A stretch of DNA of 64,000 nucleotides from Candidatus Bathyarchaeota archaeon (GTDB lineage: Archaea > Thermoproteota > Bathyarchaeia > Bathyarchaeales > Bathycorpusculaceae). The stretch covers positions 256,001 to 320,000 of the forward strand of contig CAWHXY010000004.1 of NCBI GenBank assembly GCA_963833575.1. Direction: 5' to 3'. How positions within the stretch are numbered: position 1 is the stretch's first letter; every line of letters begins with the position of its first letter. Shown one piece after another: positions 1 to 10,048 of the stretch. The translations under genes were made by a program, and so were the position numbers. The notes under the pieces were generated by a model that saw only the letters and a list, made by a program, of their open reading frames with translations, was not told the DNA's origin and made no database searches.

Positions 1-1488
1 TCTGAGTTTTTTGTATGCGACCCCTAAAACTCTTAAGCCCTCAGCGCTAAGATCAAAATATTTTTGTTCAATTTTCTTTCGAATTTCATCGCTAATATCG
101 TGAACAAGCCCGCCTAATTCGTAAAATGTTGAAACTTTCAGAATTTCTTCGGGTGCACCTTTAACGATGAAAAATCTTTGCCGTTCTTTTTCGACAACGA
201 CTGAAACTCGTCTCCGCACGAAATCGAATGGAACTTCATCAATTTTCTGGAAGTTTTCAAGGGTGATTTCCTTATGAATAAGAATTGCTTCGTCTAACGG
301 ACTCTTCAATCCAGTTTGATAATAACTATTCAAATAAGAATACAATAGAACTTTGTCATCATCTTCACCTTCCACATCAACATGCATAACAAGAGATATT
401 CGATTTTCAGTAAGCGTACCCGTTTTGTCTGTGCATAAGACGTTCATGCTGCCAAAGTTTTCGATGGAAGGCAAGTGTTTGACAATAACGCCTTTTTTTG
501 ACATGTTTACGGCGCCTTTGGAAAGATTCATCGTGATAATCATAGGCAAAAGTTCTGGGGTCAAACCTACTGCTAAAGCTGCCGCGAAGAGCAAAGATTC
601 TATAATGCCACGATGAAAAAGCGCAAGGACAATAAAAACAAAGAGAATGAGGACAAATGTTACTTGCATTATGAGATAACTAAAACCTTTCACACCCCGC
701 TCAAATTCGGTTTCAGGCGGTTTTGTAACAAGTTTCTTAGCGATTTTACCATATTCTGTTGAGCCGCCGGTCTTAATGACAACAGCTATGGCTGAACCGC
801 TTACTGTCGACGTGCCCATAAACAAGTAATTGTTCCATTCAGTTATCGAACCTGACTGGAGATTTATTGACTCTAGCTTGTTAGGTGTCTTTTCAACTGG
901 GAAGGATTCCCCTGTAAGAGCACTTTGGTTAATGAAAAGGTCTTTGGCATTGATTATTCTTGCATCTGCTGGAGCAATGTCTCCAGCAGACAAATAAACT
1001 ATGTCACCTGGAACAATCTGCGAAAGCTTGAGTTCCTTCTTTGCATTATCGCGAAGTACTGTAGCGGTGGTGCTGACTTTTTCTTTAAGCAGTTCAGCAG
1101 CGTTCTCCGCTTTAGATTCTTGATAGTGATCAATGCCGACGCTGATTAATACGATAATGAATATGATGCTGAAGTCTGGAATATCGCCTGTTGCACCTGC
1201 GAATACCGATGCGGCCAAAAGTATAATGATCAAGGGACTTTTGAAGTGAAGAAGAAAACTTACTATGGCAGAACGCTTTTGTTTTCTAGCCAATTCGTTA
1301 GTGCCATAAACATTTAGCCTTCGCTCTGCTTCTTCAGAACTCAAACCCTTGGGTGAAGTCACCAAACGAGTCATTAACTCGTCCGCTGGCAGAGTTAACA
1401 CTTCTTCGGTGGTTACAGTAGGCTGCGCTAAAGGGACATTTTCTTTAACTGTGAATATTTCTGGATTTCTATGCTCGTCATCAGCCAC
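1..1488 (-). CDS. mgtA: Mg2+-translocating P-type ATPase (MgtA-like), runs off the left edge of the window
   Basis: Not in the ORF track because there is no stop in the window. Manual minus-strand translation gives LTGES, GLTPELLPMI (MgtA-type), GSMNVLCTDKTGTLT (phosphorylation site) and KGAPEE. Probable GTG start at 1488 after GGAGA. Confidence 0.88.
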   Translation of the reverse strand, partial: MADDEHRNPEIFTVKENVPLAQPTVTTEEVLTLPADELMTRLVTSPKGLSSEEAERRLNVYGTNELARKQKRSAIVSFLLHFKSPLIIILLAASVFAGATGDIPDFSIIFIIVLISVGIDHYQESKAENAAELLKEKVSTTATVLRDNAKKELKLSQIVPGDIVYLSAGDIAPADARIINAKDLFINQSALTGESFPVEKTPNKLESINLQSGSITEWNNYLFMGTSTVSGSAIAVVIKTGGSTEYGKIAKKLVTKPPETEFERGVKGFSYLIMQVTFVLILFVFIVLALFHRGIIESLLFAAALAVGLTPELLPMIITMNLSKGAVNMSKKGVIVKHLPSIENFGSMNVLCTDKTGTLTENRISLVMHVDVEGEDDDKVLLYSYLNSYYQTGLKSPLDEAILIHKEITLENFQKIDEVPFDFVRRRVSVVVEKERQRFFIVKGAPEEILKVSTFYELGGLVHDISDEIRKKIEQKYFDLSAEGLRVLGVAYKKLR

Positions 1489-1703
1489 GTTTTTCTCCGC
1501 CAGTGCTCACTCAACAAGAGCGAAGCCAACCTATCAATACCAGAAATATCATTCTTAAAAACAGTTCCTAACTAACATCAAATTAAGTTGAGTTAATTAT
1601 CAAAAAAAGAAAATTGGTTAATGCGGATAATTGTTTTTATAGTTCTAACCAAGATACACTAACAACAAGAAAGCGGCTAGTGATAACCTATTTGAGGACA
1701 GCT

Positions 1704-2726
1704 ATGAAAAAAGCAGCATCAATAGCAACACGAGCCCTTACTCCCGGTAAGCCTCACCATGCTCAATGGTTAATCACGAGAAAATGCAACTTCCGCTGTG
1801 CAGGTTGCAATGTCTGGAAAGAACAAGATCCAAGGGAACTTGAAACAGACGAAATAAAGAAAGGACTAGATATTCTTAAAAAACTTGGCGTAGTTGAACT
1901 TGTGCTGTCAGGCGGAGAGCCGCTATTTAGGGATGATATAGGCGAAATACTTGATTATGCTTCAAAGAGTTTTGTTACAACTGTCTGTGATAATGGAAGC
2001 ATGGCTGCCAAAAAAATTGACACATTACGAAATGTAGATTTTGTCGCAATTTCGATTGATAGCTTAGATGAAGCAAAAAACGATTCCATAAAAGCAGTGC
2101 CGGGCGCATGGAAAATGGCAATGGAAGCCGTTGAATACCTTCACAAAGAGGGAATTGGCGTTAGTGTTACTCCAACAATTTCACAAAAAAATCTCTGTGA
2201 AATAGTGGATATTACTAATTATTTTACTCAAAAAGGTATTCCAGTCTGGTATTGTCTTTATTCATACGATGTTTCAATTGATGAAAAACAACTTTTTAGG
2301 ATTGGGAATGCAAACGACGAGTTCGTTATAAAAGATAATCAAGCAATTGTTAAACTTTGCAATTCCTTAATTGAAATGAAAAGAAAAAATAAAAAAATTC
2401 TTATGACTAATAAACTTCTGAAAACTGTAAGAAGCCTATATGGCGAAGAAGGGAGAACCTGGAAATGCCAAGCACTTGGCAACTTTCTAGTAGTTGACCA
2501 TTTAGGAAGAATTGCGGGATGTCATAGTCACAATTTTGCTGCATCAATATTTGATTTGCCAAAGAAATGGAGCAGCCAAGAATTTAACCAATTACGGGAA
2601 ACGTACTATAACTGCACGCAATGCAGCTACTTATGTTATGTTTTCTATTCTCTTCAAGGAAGCCCATCGGGCTATCTATCGTTGGCTTTAGACCAGTGGA
2701 AAAACGCAAAACTAATTTTCAAATAA
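1704..2726 (+). CDS. Radical SAM protein with Cys-rich C-terminal (SPASM/twitch-like) region
   Basis: CNFRCAGC (CxxxCxxC), SGGEP, ISIDS and C-terminal CTQCSYLC. ATG at 1704 after GAGG is preferred to the ORF-track start at 1614. Confidence 0.85.
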   Translation: MKKAASIATRALTPGKPHHAQWLITRKCNFRCAGCNVWKEQDPRELETDEIKKGLDILKKLGVVELVLSGGEPLFRDDIGEILDYASKSFVTTVCDNGSMAAKKIDTLRNVDFVAISIDSLDEAKNDSIKAVPGAWKMAMEAVEYLHKEGIGVSVTPTISQKNLCEIVDITNYFTQKGIPVWYCLYSYDVSIDEKQLFRIGNANDEFVIKDNQAIVKLCNSLIEMKRKNKKILMTNKLLKTVRSLYGEEGRTWKCQALGNFLVVDHLGRIAGCHSHNFAASIFDLPKKWSSQEFNQLRETYYNCTQCSYLCYVFYSLQGSPSGYLSLALDQWKNAKLIFK

Positions 2727-2831
2727 GAATCTCGCGCTAGATTTGTGTTTCAAAGACAATTAAGTTGTTGTTTGCATTTTCAAGTTCCTCTGGAACTTTG
2801 TTCTGAAAGAAAAGTCTCGATCAAATCTGAA

Positions 2832-3440
2832 TTAGAAAGAAACTGAAATAACCATATTTCCTATTACTCTGCAGAGAACTTCAAAAACCTCATCGGCACT
2901 CAGATTATCTGTATCTAAAACCAGATCAAACGGAGCAAAATCTTCGTCCAAAGAAAAGCCGTAAAGCTTCTTGTAGATAGTTTTTGTTCTTTCTTCTTTT
3001 TCTTTCAAAACTTTGAATGCTTCGTTTACTGTTATCTTATCACGTTCGGCAACTCTGGCTGCTCTCTTTTCTATTGAAGCCAATAACCAAATTTTGAAGC
3101 CTTCCTTTAGCAACCAGGGCATAGTCCAACTGTCCAAGAGAACGTTTCCGTGCTGAGCATATTCTATGAGCTTGGCGTCTACTGCTTTGTCAAATTTAGG
3201 GTCATTTATCCGTTCACTTAGAAATTTTAAGCCTTCCGGGCTTTCCCACCAACCTTGACGAGACGAATCATAACCTTCTGCGGTGGCGAGTTCTTTGAGC
3301 GCATCGCCACCTGAATAACAGCTCAAATCATATTTTTCAGCAAGCTTTTTGGATAATGTGCTTTTTCCAGTTCCAGCCATACCTGAAATGCAAATCACTA
3401 TTTTCTTGCCAACAACGAAAGATTTTGTATTCTGATCCAT
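2832..3440 (-). CDS. cmk: Cytidylate kinase (archaeal type)
   Basis: ISGMAGTGKST P-loop, KIWL.AS.E.RA.RVAERD and DLVLDT; usual position downstream of secY/DUF106. Confidence 0.9.
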   Translation of the reverse strand: MDQNTKSFVVGKKIVICISGMAGTGKSTLSKKLAEKYDLSCYSGGDALKELATAEGYDSSRQGWWESPEGLKFLSERINDPKFDKAVDAKLIEYAQHGNVLLDSWTMPWLLKEGFKIWLLASIEKRAARVAERDKITVNEAFKVLKEKEERTKTIYKKLYGFSLDEDFAPFDLVLDTDNLSADEVFEVLCRVIGNMVISVSF

Positions 3441-3462
3441 TTAGCGCCACCATTGATCTCAA

Positions 3463-3978
3463 CTAAGGCTCAATAGGCATTATGCCTAGTATACGTGAAG
3501 AAAGCAAACCGAAGAAGAATGAGCAAATGGGGTACCAATAGAAAACAGGAATTCCGCTAGCAACGAACACATGGCCACTACCCGTTAGAGTTGCACTGGC
3601 GATTGTACCAATACCAGGGATGAAGGCCATCACTCTGCTTCCAAATGTGGGAGTCAAAACCAAAAACCAAACAATTAAGTAAACGAAAGAGATGCCAAAT
3701 TGAACCATTTGAGGCTTAACCATTTTAGCCTGCATATTTTTTACTTGCGACTCTTTCTTTTTAAGTTTCTCAACTTGCTTTTTATCGTTTGCTCGCATAG
3801 CTTTCATGGTTTCCGAACGATATTCAGCCATTTCTTTCTGCATTACGCGATATTGTTCCCATCCAACAAAATAATTGATCAGAACTCTGTTTATTCCAGA
3901 GTTTATGAACGCAATTATCGCTGAGATAACCATAATAATAATTGTTGCCAAAGGTAATGAAGTGACAGCTATAGACAT
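3463..3978 (-). CDS. EMC3/TMCO1 (DUF106, Oxa1-superfamily) membrane protein
   Basis: TM helix, coiled coil, further TM segments, then WY..CS; syntenic after secY. Confidence 0.85.
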   Translation of the reverse strand: MSIAVTSLPLATIIIMVISAIIAFINSGINRVLINYFVGWEQYRVMQKEMAEYRSETMKAMRANDKKQVEKLKKKESQVKNMQAKMVKPQMVQFGISFVYLIVWFLVLTPTFGSRVMAFIPGIGTIASATLTGSGHVFVASGIPVFYWYPICSFFFGLLSSRILGIMPIEP

Positions 3979-4255
3979 CTTTCTTTTCCTCTTAACTTTG
4001 TATGCGTATCTTGTTTCCTTGTTAATAACCGTTTTTACTCTTAGCCTTGGAACCTTTTTAACAAAAGCGTTTTTCTACTCTTAGTCTTGTTCTCTATGAG
4101 CTGCCTCGCTAACAGTTGCAATCGTATTAGAAAGGGGGCCATTCACAAGTTCTAAGATACAAAAATTTCGAGTTATTAAGAAAAAATCGCAAGGAGCAAC
4201 TGAGCCATTTAAGTTTAGTTATTACCAACTATTTGAAGCTGTAGTTTTGTTGGCG

Positions 4256-5689
4256 TTAGTCTCCAAGGATTCTTCTGAATGCTGGAAACATTTCGGCTGC
4301 TCTTTCGCGCATTAACAATTCATAGTACTGGTAAATTATGCCTACTGATAGCAAGATTCCTGTACCAGTGCCGAAAGCACCCAGGAAATCTGACATTCCC
4401 ACGACTAGCCCTACAATGATTCCGCCCAAAACAGTAACCACAGGAATATAACGTTTAAGGACAGCCTCAATTGGTCTTCCTGATCTGCGATAACCTGGAA
4501 TCTGCATGCCTGAGTCCATAAGCTGCTTAGCAACTTTCGCCGGTCCCAAACCACCAACTTCAAGCCAAATTAGTGAGAATACAGCGCAAAAAGCAACAAT
4601 AATGCCTAGGTAAGCAGCAGCCCTCAATGGGTCAAGCGCTACCTGATTAATGTTTGTTGGCGCCGTAACAAGGTAAGTAATGCCTCCTACAGGTGTAACA
4701 CTACCTGACGTTGCGTTAAATTTGAAGTCACCTATTATTTGGAATAAGAGGTTTGTTCCAGGAGCAGGGCGACCCATTTGGCTCCAAAGCAATTGGGCGA
4801 AAAAGTAAACGTTTGCAAACAGTGCTGAGGCAAAAATAACTGGAAGGTTTGAAACGTACAATAATTTAATTGGATACTTACTCCTGAACCCTTTGTACCC
4901 TGCATAACTCATTGGAAGCTCAATTCTAACACCATTTAAATAGATAACCAATAGAAACACACCAATAGTAGCAAAGAACCCAAGCAAAGACGGATAAACT
5001 CCATTGGCTGAACCAAAAATGTACACTATCGTTGCGTTTGCCCCGTTAAAGGGGTTAACATGACCTAAGAAAGCTGAAAGAGAGCCAACAAATAATCCCG
5101 TACTTGGCGAAAATGTATCCCAGACAACGGATTGAGCAACACCAGCCATGATGAATAAACTGATTCCACTGCCTAATCCCCAGCCTTTCTGGACAAGTTC
5201 ATCCATTAACATAACAACTACGCCTGTACCAATTAGTTGAAGTAAAATAACTAAAGCAATTGGCCCAGAAATCGCGCCGTACATGCCGCTTATGATGTAT
5301 GCTACCGCCTGAATTGCGGTAAGAATAACTGTGAATACTTTACTTGCAGAAGTGAATAGTCCCCTATCTTCAGGGTCAGACATATCACATTGAATAATGT
5401 TGGAGCCAGCAAGCAACTGCAAAATCAAACCTGCTGTAACAATAGGCCCAATACCTAATTCCATCAAGGTTCCGCGGTTGGAAGCAAAAATAACTCTTAA
5501 TGAACTAAATTGATCTTGTGCGGACGCTGCAACCCCATAAAGTGGAATCTGGGTCATTACAAGGAAAATAATTAAAACAAGCGCTGTCCAGAAGATTTTC
5601 TCGTTAAAACTGACTTTTCGCTCGGGCTTTTTAATTTCAGGCAGAACTCTGCCGAGTGGTTTAAAAAGACCGAGGAATCTTCCGGGCAT
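4256..5689 (-). CDS. secY: Preprotein translocase SecY/Sec61alpha
   Basis: GTLMELGIGPIVTAGLILQLL, GLGSGISLFI, YPIKLLYVSNLP, GTGILLSVGI. Confidence 0.98.
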   Translation of the reverse strand: MPGRFLGLFKPLGRVLPEIKKPERKVSFNEKIFWTALVLIIFLVMTQIPLYGVAASAQDQFSSLRVIFASNRGTLMELGIGPIVTAGLILQLLAGSNIIQCDMSDPEDRGLFTSASKVFTVILTAIQAVAYIISGMYGAISGPIALVILLQLIGTGVVVMLMDELVQKGWGLGSGISLFIMAGVAQSVVWDTFSPSTGLFVGSLSAFLGHVNPFNGANATIVYIFGSANGVYPSLLGFFATIGVFLLVIYLNGVRIELPMSYAGYKGFRSKYPIKLLYVSNLPVIFASALFANVYFFAQLLWSQMGRPAPGTNLLFQIIGDFKFNATSGSVTPVGGITYLVTAPTNINQVALDPLRAAAYLGIIVAFCAVFSLIWLEVGGLGPAKVAKQLMDSGMQIPGYRRSGRPIEAVLKRYIPVVTVLGGIIVGLVVGMSDFLGAFGTGTGILLSVGIIYQYYELLMRERAAEMFPAFRRILGD

Positions 5690-5698
5690 TTAGCAGCT

Positions 5699-6124
5699 TT
5701 ACTCTCCGTTAGCTTGGGAGCTTATGATTTCTCCGCCAGCTTCCTTGATCTTCTCAGCTGCCGATTTTGAGTATGAGGCCACCTGCACGATTAGGGGTTT
5801 AGTAATCACACCTGTTCCAAGAAGCTTTGTGAAGCCCAAAGCAGTCAAGTTAATTTGAGGCTTTTCCCCCTGGCTTGTTCGCGCTATTTCATCTACCTTT
5901 TTGAGGTTTACCGTGTTTTCGTGACGATGTAGGCTTTGAGGTGAAGTAAATCCGTTTTTACCAAAGTAGTCAGGCTCATGAGTAACAACCCAGCTCCACA
6001 GGTGCTTGTGTCTTCCAACTTTTCTATGCCCTTTGGAGCCACTGTCTCGGTGTTGACCTATTCTACCGTAGCCCTGTGTTCGTGAACCTCTAAATTTACG
6101 TATTTTTCTAAGTTTATGCGGCAT
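5699..6124 (-). CDS. rpl15: 50S ribosomal protein uL15
   Basis: RKFRGSRTQGYGRIGQHR, KLLGTG, S.SA.EKI.EAGG. Confidence 0.97.
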   Translation of the reverse strand: MPHKLRKIRKFRGSRTQGYGRIGQHRDSGSKGHRKVGRHKHLWSWVVTHEPDYFGKNGFTSPQSLHRHENTVNLKKVDEIARTSQGEKPQINLTALGFTKLLGTGVITKPLIVQVASYSKSAAEKIKEAGGEIISSQANGE

Positions 6125-6569
6125 TTTGATCAGCTTCTTTGTTTATTGTTGTTTCAGCTTTCTTGAGTTTAATTTCAAGCACACCATTCTTGAATTTGGT
6201 ATACATGATGTCTGGAATCACTACCTTCGGAAGATTTAAACTTTTATAGTACCTGCGGTCTTTCGATTTGGCCGACAGCGTAAGTTTCTGATCTTTCACA
6301 TGAATTTTGAGAGTATCCTTATTAAAGCCTGCGATTTCAGCAACAATTGTTATGAAGTTGCTCTCCTGGAATATATCTATTAGTGGTTTTGGCTCTTTCA
6401 GCTTACGTTCTGAATGACTTTTAAATTGACGGAAACTTTGAGGGGTAGGCACTGACTTAACATGATAAGCATGCTCTGGTTTGGTTACTAATTTTTTAGT
6501 CTTTGCCGCTGGATGTTTGAATCCAATCAATTTACGGTTTTTTGTGGTTCTTCGCCATTTTGTGCTCAG
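6114..6569 (-). CDS. Hsp20/alpha-crystallin domain protein inserted in the ribosomal cluster
   Basis: EPKPLIDIFQE...AEIAGF...YYKSLNLP...KFKNGVLEIKL. The ORF-track start is TTG 6530, but the frame is open back to CTG 6569, which follows a GGAGGGG RBS-like motif. Start uncertain. Confidence 0.85.
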   Translation of the reverse strand: MSTKWRRTTKNRKLIGFKHPAAKTKKLVTKPEHAYHVKSVPTPQSFRQFKSHSERKLKEPKPLIDIFQESNFITIVAEIAGFNKDTLKIHVKDQKLTLSAKSKDRRYYKSLNLPKVVIPDIMYTKFKNGVLEIKLKKAETTINKEADQNAA

Positions 6570-7027
6570 GTCTTTCCCCTCCGATTAACTAACGGATTTC
6601 TTCAGAGGTATTATAAAACGTATCGCACATAAAGAGCAAGAAAACAGGATTAGGACATAAAGCAATTTACCAATGAAAATGATGAGTCCATGCTTATTTT
6701 TGTTAGATTGGTAGCACGACTCCGATTTGATAGCAAAAAACAAAAATTAAATTCCGCTTTCTTTTTGATTTAAGTGAAGAGTTAATGGCTCAGCCAACAT
6801 TTAGAATTGCTGCTTTTTTTCTTCCGTGCACAATTATGATTTGGCGGATTCATAATAGTTAGGACATTATCAGAATAATTAGCGTTTTTATAACACCTGA
6901 AAATAATCAATTTCTCCTTTAGGCAAATAATTGATTTCCAACAAACTAATGTTTTTAACGAACTAAACTAGCTAGCCTAAACTGATTAAAAAGTTTAAAG
7001 AACAAAAAATGACAGCAAAAGCTGGCT

Positions 7028-7516
7028 TTAGACCATGCGTTTTACTAAGTCGTTTATTGCTTCTCCGCGGTAGCCTGCTTCGCCACCTGCTTTAAAGCCT
7101 TTTTTGGTTTTACCCTTGTATCCTTTGCTTGGCGGATGCAACTTGAACCTTGGCTCAATGTCAGGGAGTTTTTGGAATTGTACTTTGCAACTTACGATAG
7201 CTTCTGCGAGGTCATCGATTGTTTTGTAGCCTACTTTCTGGACGTATTCTTCTGTTATTTTTTTGTCGCCGGCTAATCTTGCGCGTTTCTGCAGCATCAT
7301 AGCAACGGTTTCTTTTGTGGGTTCGCCATATGTGATATAACTATTTACACGCTGAAGCATTCCTTTGTAGGCTGCACGACCATCAATAAGCACTGCATGG
7401 TTTGTGTGACCTAAATGGAGGAAGTCAAGAGTTTCTCTCGTTTCTTTTTGTGCCCTTACGGTTCCTCTGATTTTGACGACTACTAGGCATTTGCAGTCCT
7501 TAGTTTCTTGCGTCAT
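7028..7516 (-). CDS. rpl30: 50S ribosomal protein uL30 (archaeal long form)
   Basis: VVKIRG, GMLQRVNSYITYGE, FKLHPPSKG, GYRGEAINDLVKRM. Confidence 0.96.
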   Translation of the reverse strand: MTQETKDCKCLVVVKIRGTVRAQKETRETLDFLHLGHTNHAVLIDGRAAYKGMLQRVNSYITYGEPTKETVAMMLQKRARLAGDKKITEEYVQKVGYKTIDDLAEAIVSCKVQFQKLPDIEPRFKLHPPSKGYKGKTKKGFKAGGEAGYRGEAINDLVKRMV

Positions 7517-8160
7517 TGTTTCACCCAGTCCACTTGAGTAATCAAATTGTAGGTGCTTCGTAAACCATCAAAAATTGCACCTGCGTAAGAGGGAACTGTT
7601 CGGGTTGAACCGAAGCTTCTCATCCACAGGTCTTTGACACCTGCTAAGCCTAAGATTACTTTAGCTACTTCGCTTGAAACTAAACCTAAGCCTCTTGGAC
7701 CTGGAACAATAACTACTCGAACTCCGCCGCATTTTCCTTCAACTTGGAATGGAACTGAATGAGGTTTACCGCAACCGCATTCCCAACTTCCGCATCCCCG
7801 TTTTACTGGAATAATATTTAGGCGGGCATTCGCGGCAGCCTTCTCAATAGCGTTTCGTACTTGGCTGGCTTTTCCTGAACCTAAGCCAATGTAGCCATCT
7901 CGGTTTCCAACAGCAACTATAGCTTTAAATCGGGATTTTTCGCCGGCGTCAGTTTGTTTCTGTACTAGATTAACGTTTATGACTTCTTCTTGTAGATCAG
8001 GAATAAGTGAATCAACTATTTGGGATTCAGAAATTTTTATGCCACTAAGAAATACATCTTCAATAGTTGTTATCTTACCTTCCTGAATCATTTTGCCCAA
8101 ACGGGTTTTAGGAACCCACTGCTCTAAGTTAGGTTTTCGATCATTATCTCTTCGACTCAT
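7513..8160 (-). CDS. rps5: 30S ribosomal protein uS5
   Basis: WVPKTRLG, VQKQTDAGEKSRF, RGCGSWECGC, PGPRGLGLV. Confidence 0.98.
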   Translation of the reverse strand: MSRRDNDRKPNLEQWVPKTRLGKMIQEGKITTIEDVFLSGIKISESQIVDSLIPDLQEEVINVNLVQKQTDAGEKSRFKAIVAVGNRDGYIGLGSGKASQVRNAIEKAAANARLNIIPVKRGCGSWECGCGKPHSVPFQVEGKCGGVRVVIVPGPRGLGLVSSEVAKVILGLAGVKDLWMRSFGSTRTVPSYAGAIFDGLRSTYNLITQVDWVKQ

Positions 8161-8978
8161 GCTTTCTTTCCACCTTTCTTACTTGCCTTTTCCTTTGGCG
8201 CTGTCTTTTCCTTTGGCGCAGCTGATTCCTTTGCTGCTGCTTTTGGTTTTGCTGTTTTTTTAGCAGACAGCTTTTTTTGTTCTGCTGGAGCAGCCTTTTC
8301 TTCTTGAACTAGAACTTCTTCTTTTTTAATGGGGGCAACTTCTTTCTTGGCCGGTGCCGTTTTCTCTGGTTCAGGAATTACCTGTTTTCCAGTTTTAAAT
8401 GAATCAATAATTTCTGCTTTTGCTTTAGTGACGAGTTCAGCGATTTTTTCTGGAGCTACACCTCTTGAGGTGTATTTTGAGAATTTTGCGGTATATTCTT
8501 CTGAGCCAGCGCCTAAGCTTTTGGCATATTTGGCGATATGTTCGCCTTTCATTCGTTCCTTAACAATTTTTTCTTCACTGTGAGGAACCTGAACGCCTGC
8601 ATCCAAAACACCGCTTAACGCGGCGAAAATCTTGGCTCCTTTAGTGGGGGCAACCAAGCCAATGTCTAAGATTGCTTCTTTAAAGCCTTTAGTTTTTGCC
8701 TTCAAACCGCAGAGTAACCCTGTAAGGTAAGCTGCTGGAATGTTGCCAGTTGCTGCTTTCCAACTGTAATTCTTGACTAGTTCGCGGCTGTTAGCTGCAG
8801 CTAAAACTTCATCACCGTGAGATTTGGCAATCAATATTTGTACTGTTACGTTTCTATTTGCTCCTCTAATAACAAGCCTAGGCTTTCCAGAAGTAACTAG
8901 AGCTTTACGGGCTTGGTAATCAGTTTTTCCTTCACGTCTGCGTCTTAATTTTACTCTGTAATTGCTACTTTTTGCCAC
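8157..8978 (-). CDS. rpl18: 50S ribosomal protein uL18 with Lys/Ala/Glu-rich C-terminal extension
   Basis: RRRREGKTDY, N.PAAYLTGLL, AILDIGL; low-complexity tail of roughly 75 aa. Confidence 0.97.
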   Translation of the reverse strand: MAKSSNYRVKLRRRREGKTDYQARKALVTSGKPRLVIRGANRNVTVQILIAKSHGDEVLAAANSRELVKNYSWKAATGNIPAAYLTGLLCGLKAKTKGFKEAILDIGLVAPTKGAKIFAALSGVLDAGVQVPHSEEKIVKERMKGEHIAKYAKSLGAGSEEYTAKFSKYTSRGVAPEKIAELVTKAKAEIIDSFKTGKQVIPEPEKTAPAKKEVAPIKKEEVLVQEEKAAPAEQKKLSAKKTAKPKAAAKESAAPKEKTAPKEKASKKGGKKA

Positions 8979-9434
8979 TTAACGTTTCCTCCACAATTCG
9001 TTGGCTTTCAAGTTACGTTCCAACTCAGCTATAGACTGGAACCTACCACTTCCAGCCATCCTGTAATATTGGCTGTAAGTTTCTTCAGTTATGATTCTGG
9101 ATGCCTTTAACTCACGAAGCTTGCGTCTTAGAGAACGAATCTTAAGCATCCAAGCATCTTTCTTTGTAACTTTAGCATAGCCTGCGCCTGTGATGCTGCC
9201 AGGGCCACTACGTCTGCCTTTAAGCTTTTTCTCGCGGATCACTTTGGCTCTGGATCTGCTAACGCCCTTCTCAGGCTGTGAAACGATGATTTTCTCGTGA
9301 ATGAGTTTTCTTACTTCTTCGCGTGTAATTGCGCCTTCAACATCGCCCATACGTTCAGGGTCTATCCACACACGGTTTTGCCCGATTTTTAGGATTTGAG
9401 CTGCTAGACGCCTTTGGCTTTTTAGGTCGGTCAT
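8979..9434 (-). CDS. rpl19e: 50S ribosomal protein eL19
   Basis: QRRLAAQILKIGQNRVWIDP, KGVSR.R, W...IR.LR. Confidence 0.97.
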   Translation of the reverse strand: MTDLKSQRRLAAQILKIGQNRVWIDPERMGDVEGAITREEVRKLIHEKIIVSQPEKGVSRSRAKVIREKKLKGRRSGPGSITGAGYAKVTKKDAWMLKIRSLRRKLRELKASRIITEETYSQYYRMAGSGRFQSIAELERNLKANELWRKR

Positions 9435-10048
9435 TGTTTTTCGTCTCCCTTCTTTGATTCAGGTTTGGTCTTCTTTGGTTCTTTTTCCTTCTTTTGCTTT
9501 TTCTCTTTCGTTGCCTTTTTCTCTTTACCTTTAGGCGTTTCTTCTTTCTCGATTTCTTTGTTTGCGGTTTCTTCCATTTCCTCTACTGTTTTGCCCTCAA
9601 TCTTTTCCTCTGTTTCTTCTTCTTTCTTTTCTGCTTCAGCGGAAACTTTAATGTTTAAGATTTTAAGGTTAAGTTTCTTGGCTTCTGCAATTACTAGGGC
9701 GCGTTTTCTTTTGCCAACTGTGTGTGAGATGCGTATCGCTTGAGTATTGGGATCAACAATGGATAGTTCTTGGACATTGTTAACAAGTACTTCTCGATAT
9801 CCTGATGGATGTAAGCCTCTGGCGATTTTCGGTCCCTTGTAACCAACGCTTACGCCAGCGGGCCAACCTTTAATTTTTCGCCGGATTTTGTTATCTAATC
9901 CTCTAGGCCTTCTCCAGCTTACGCTGAACCTATCATATTTCCAGCTTTCAGCTCTAATGAATTTAGGTTTCTTATTTTTAGCGCGAGCTCTGAGTTTTAG
10001 TTCTTTTTGTGATAATGATGGTTTCTTTTCGATTTTTTCAGTAGCCAT
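9431..10048 (-). CDS. rpl32e: 50S ribosomal protein eL32 with Lys/Glu-rich C-terminal extension
   Basis: WRRPRGLDNKIR, RGLHPSG.REVLV.N; K/E tail of roughly 70 aa. Confidence 0.96.
   Translation of the reverse strand: MATEKIEKKPSLSQKELKLRARAKNKKPKFIRAESWKYDRFSVSWRRPRGLDNKIRRKIKGWPAGVSVGYKGPKIARGLHPSGYREVLVNNVQELSIVDPNTQAIRISHTVGKRKRALVIAEAKKLNLKILNIKVSAEAEKKEEETEEKIEGKTVEEMEETANKEIEKEETPKGKEKKATKEKKQKKEKEPKKTKPESKKGDEKQ

Noticed and set aside
353-1558. Three short plus-strand ORFs in the ORF track
   Set aside because: They are antisense shadows of the P-type ATPase on the minus strand.
6679-6726. ATGATGA C-box-like motif in the rpl30-hsp20 spacer
   Set aside because: No convincing CTGA D/D' boxes at the right spacing.
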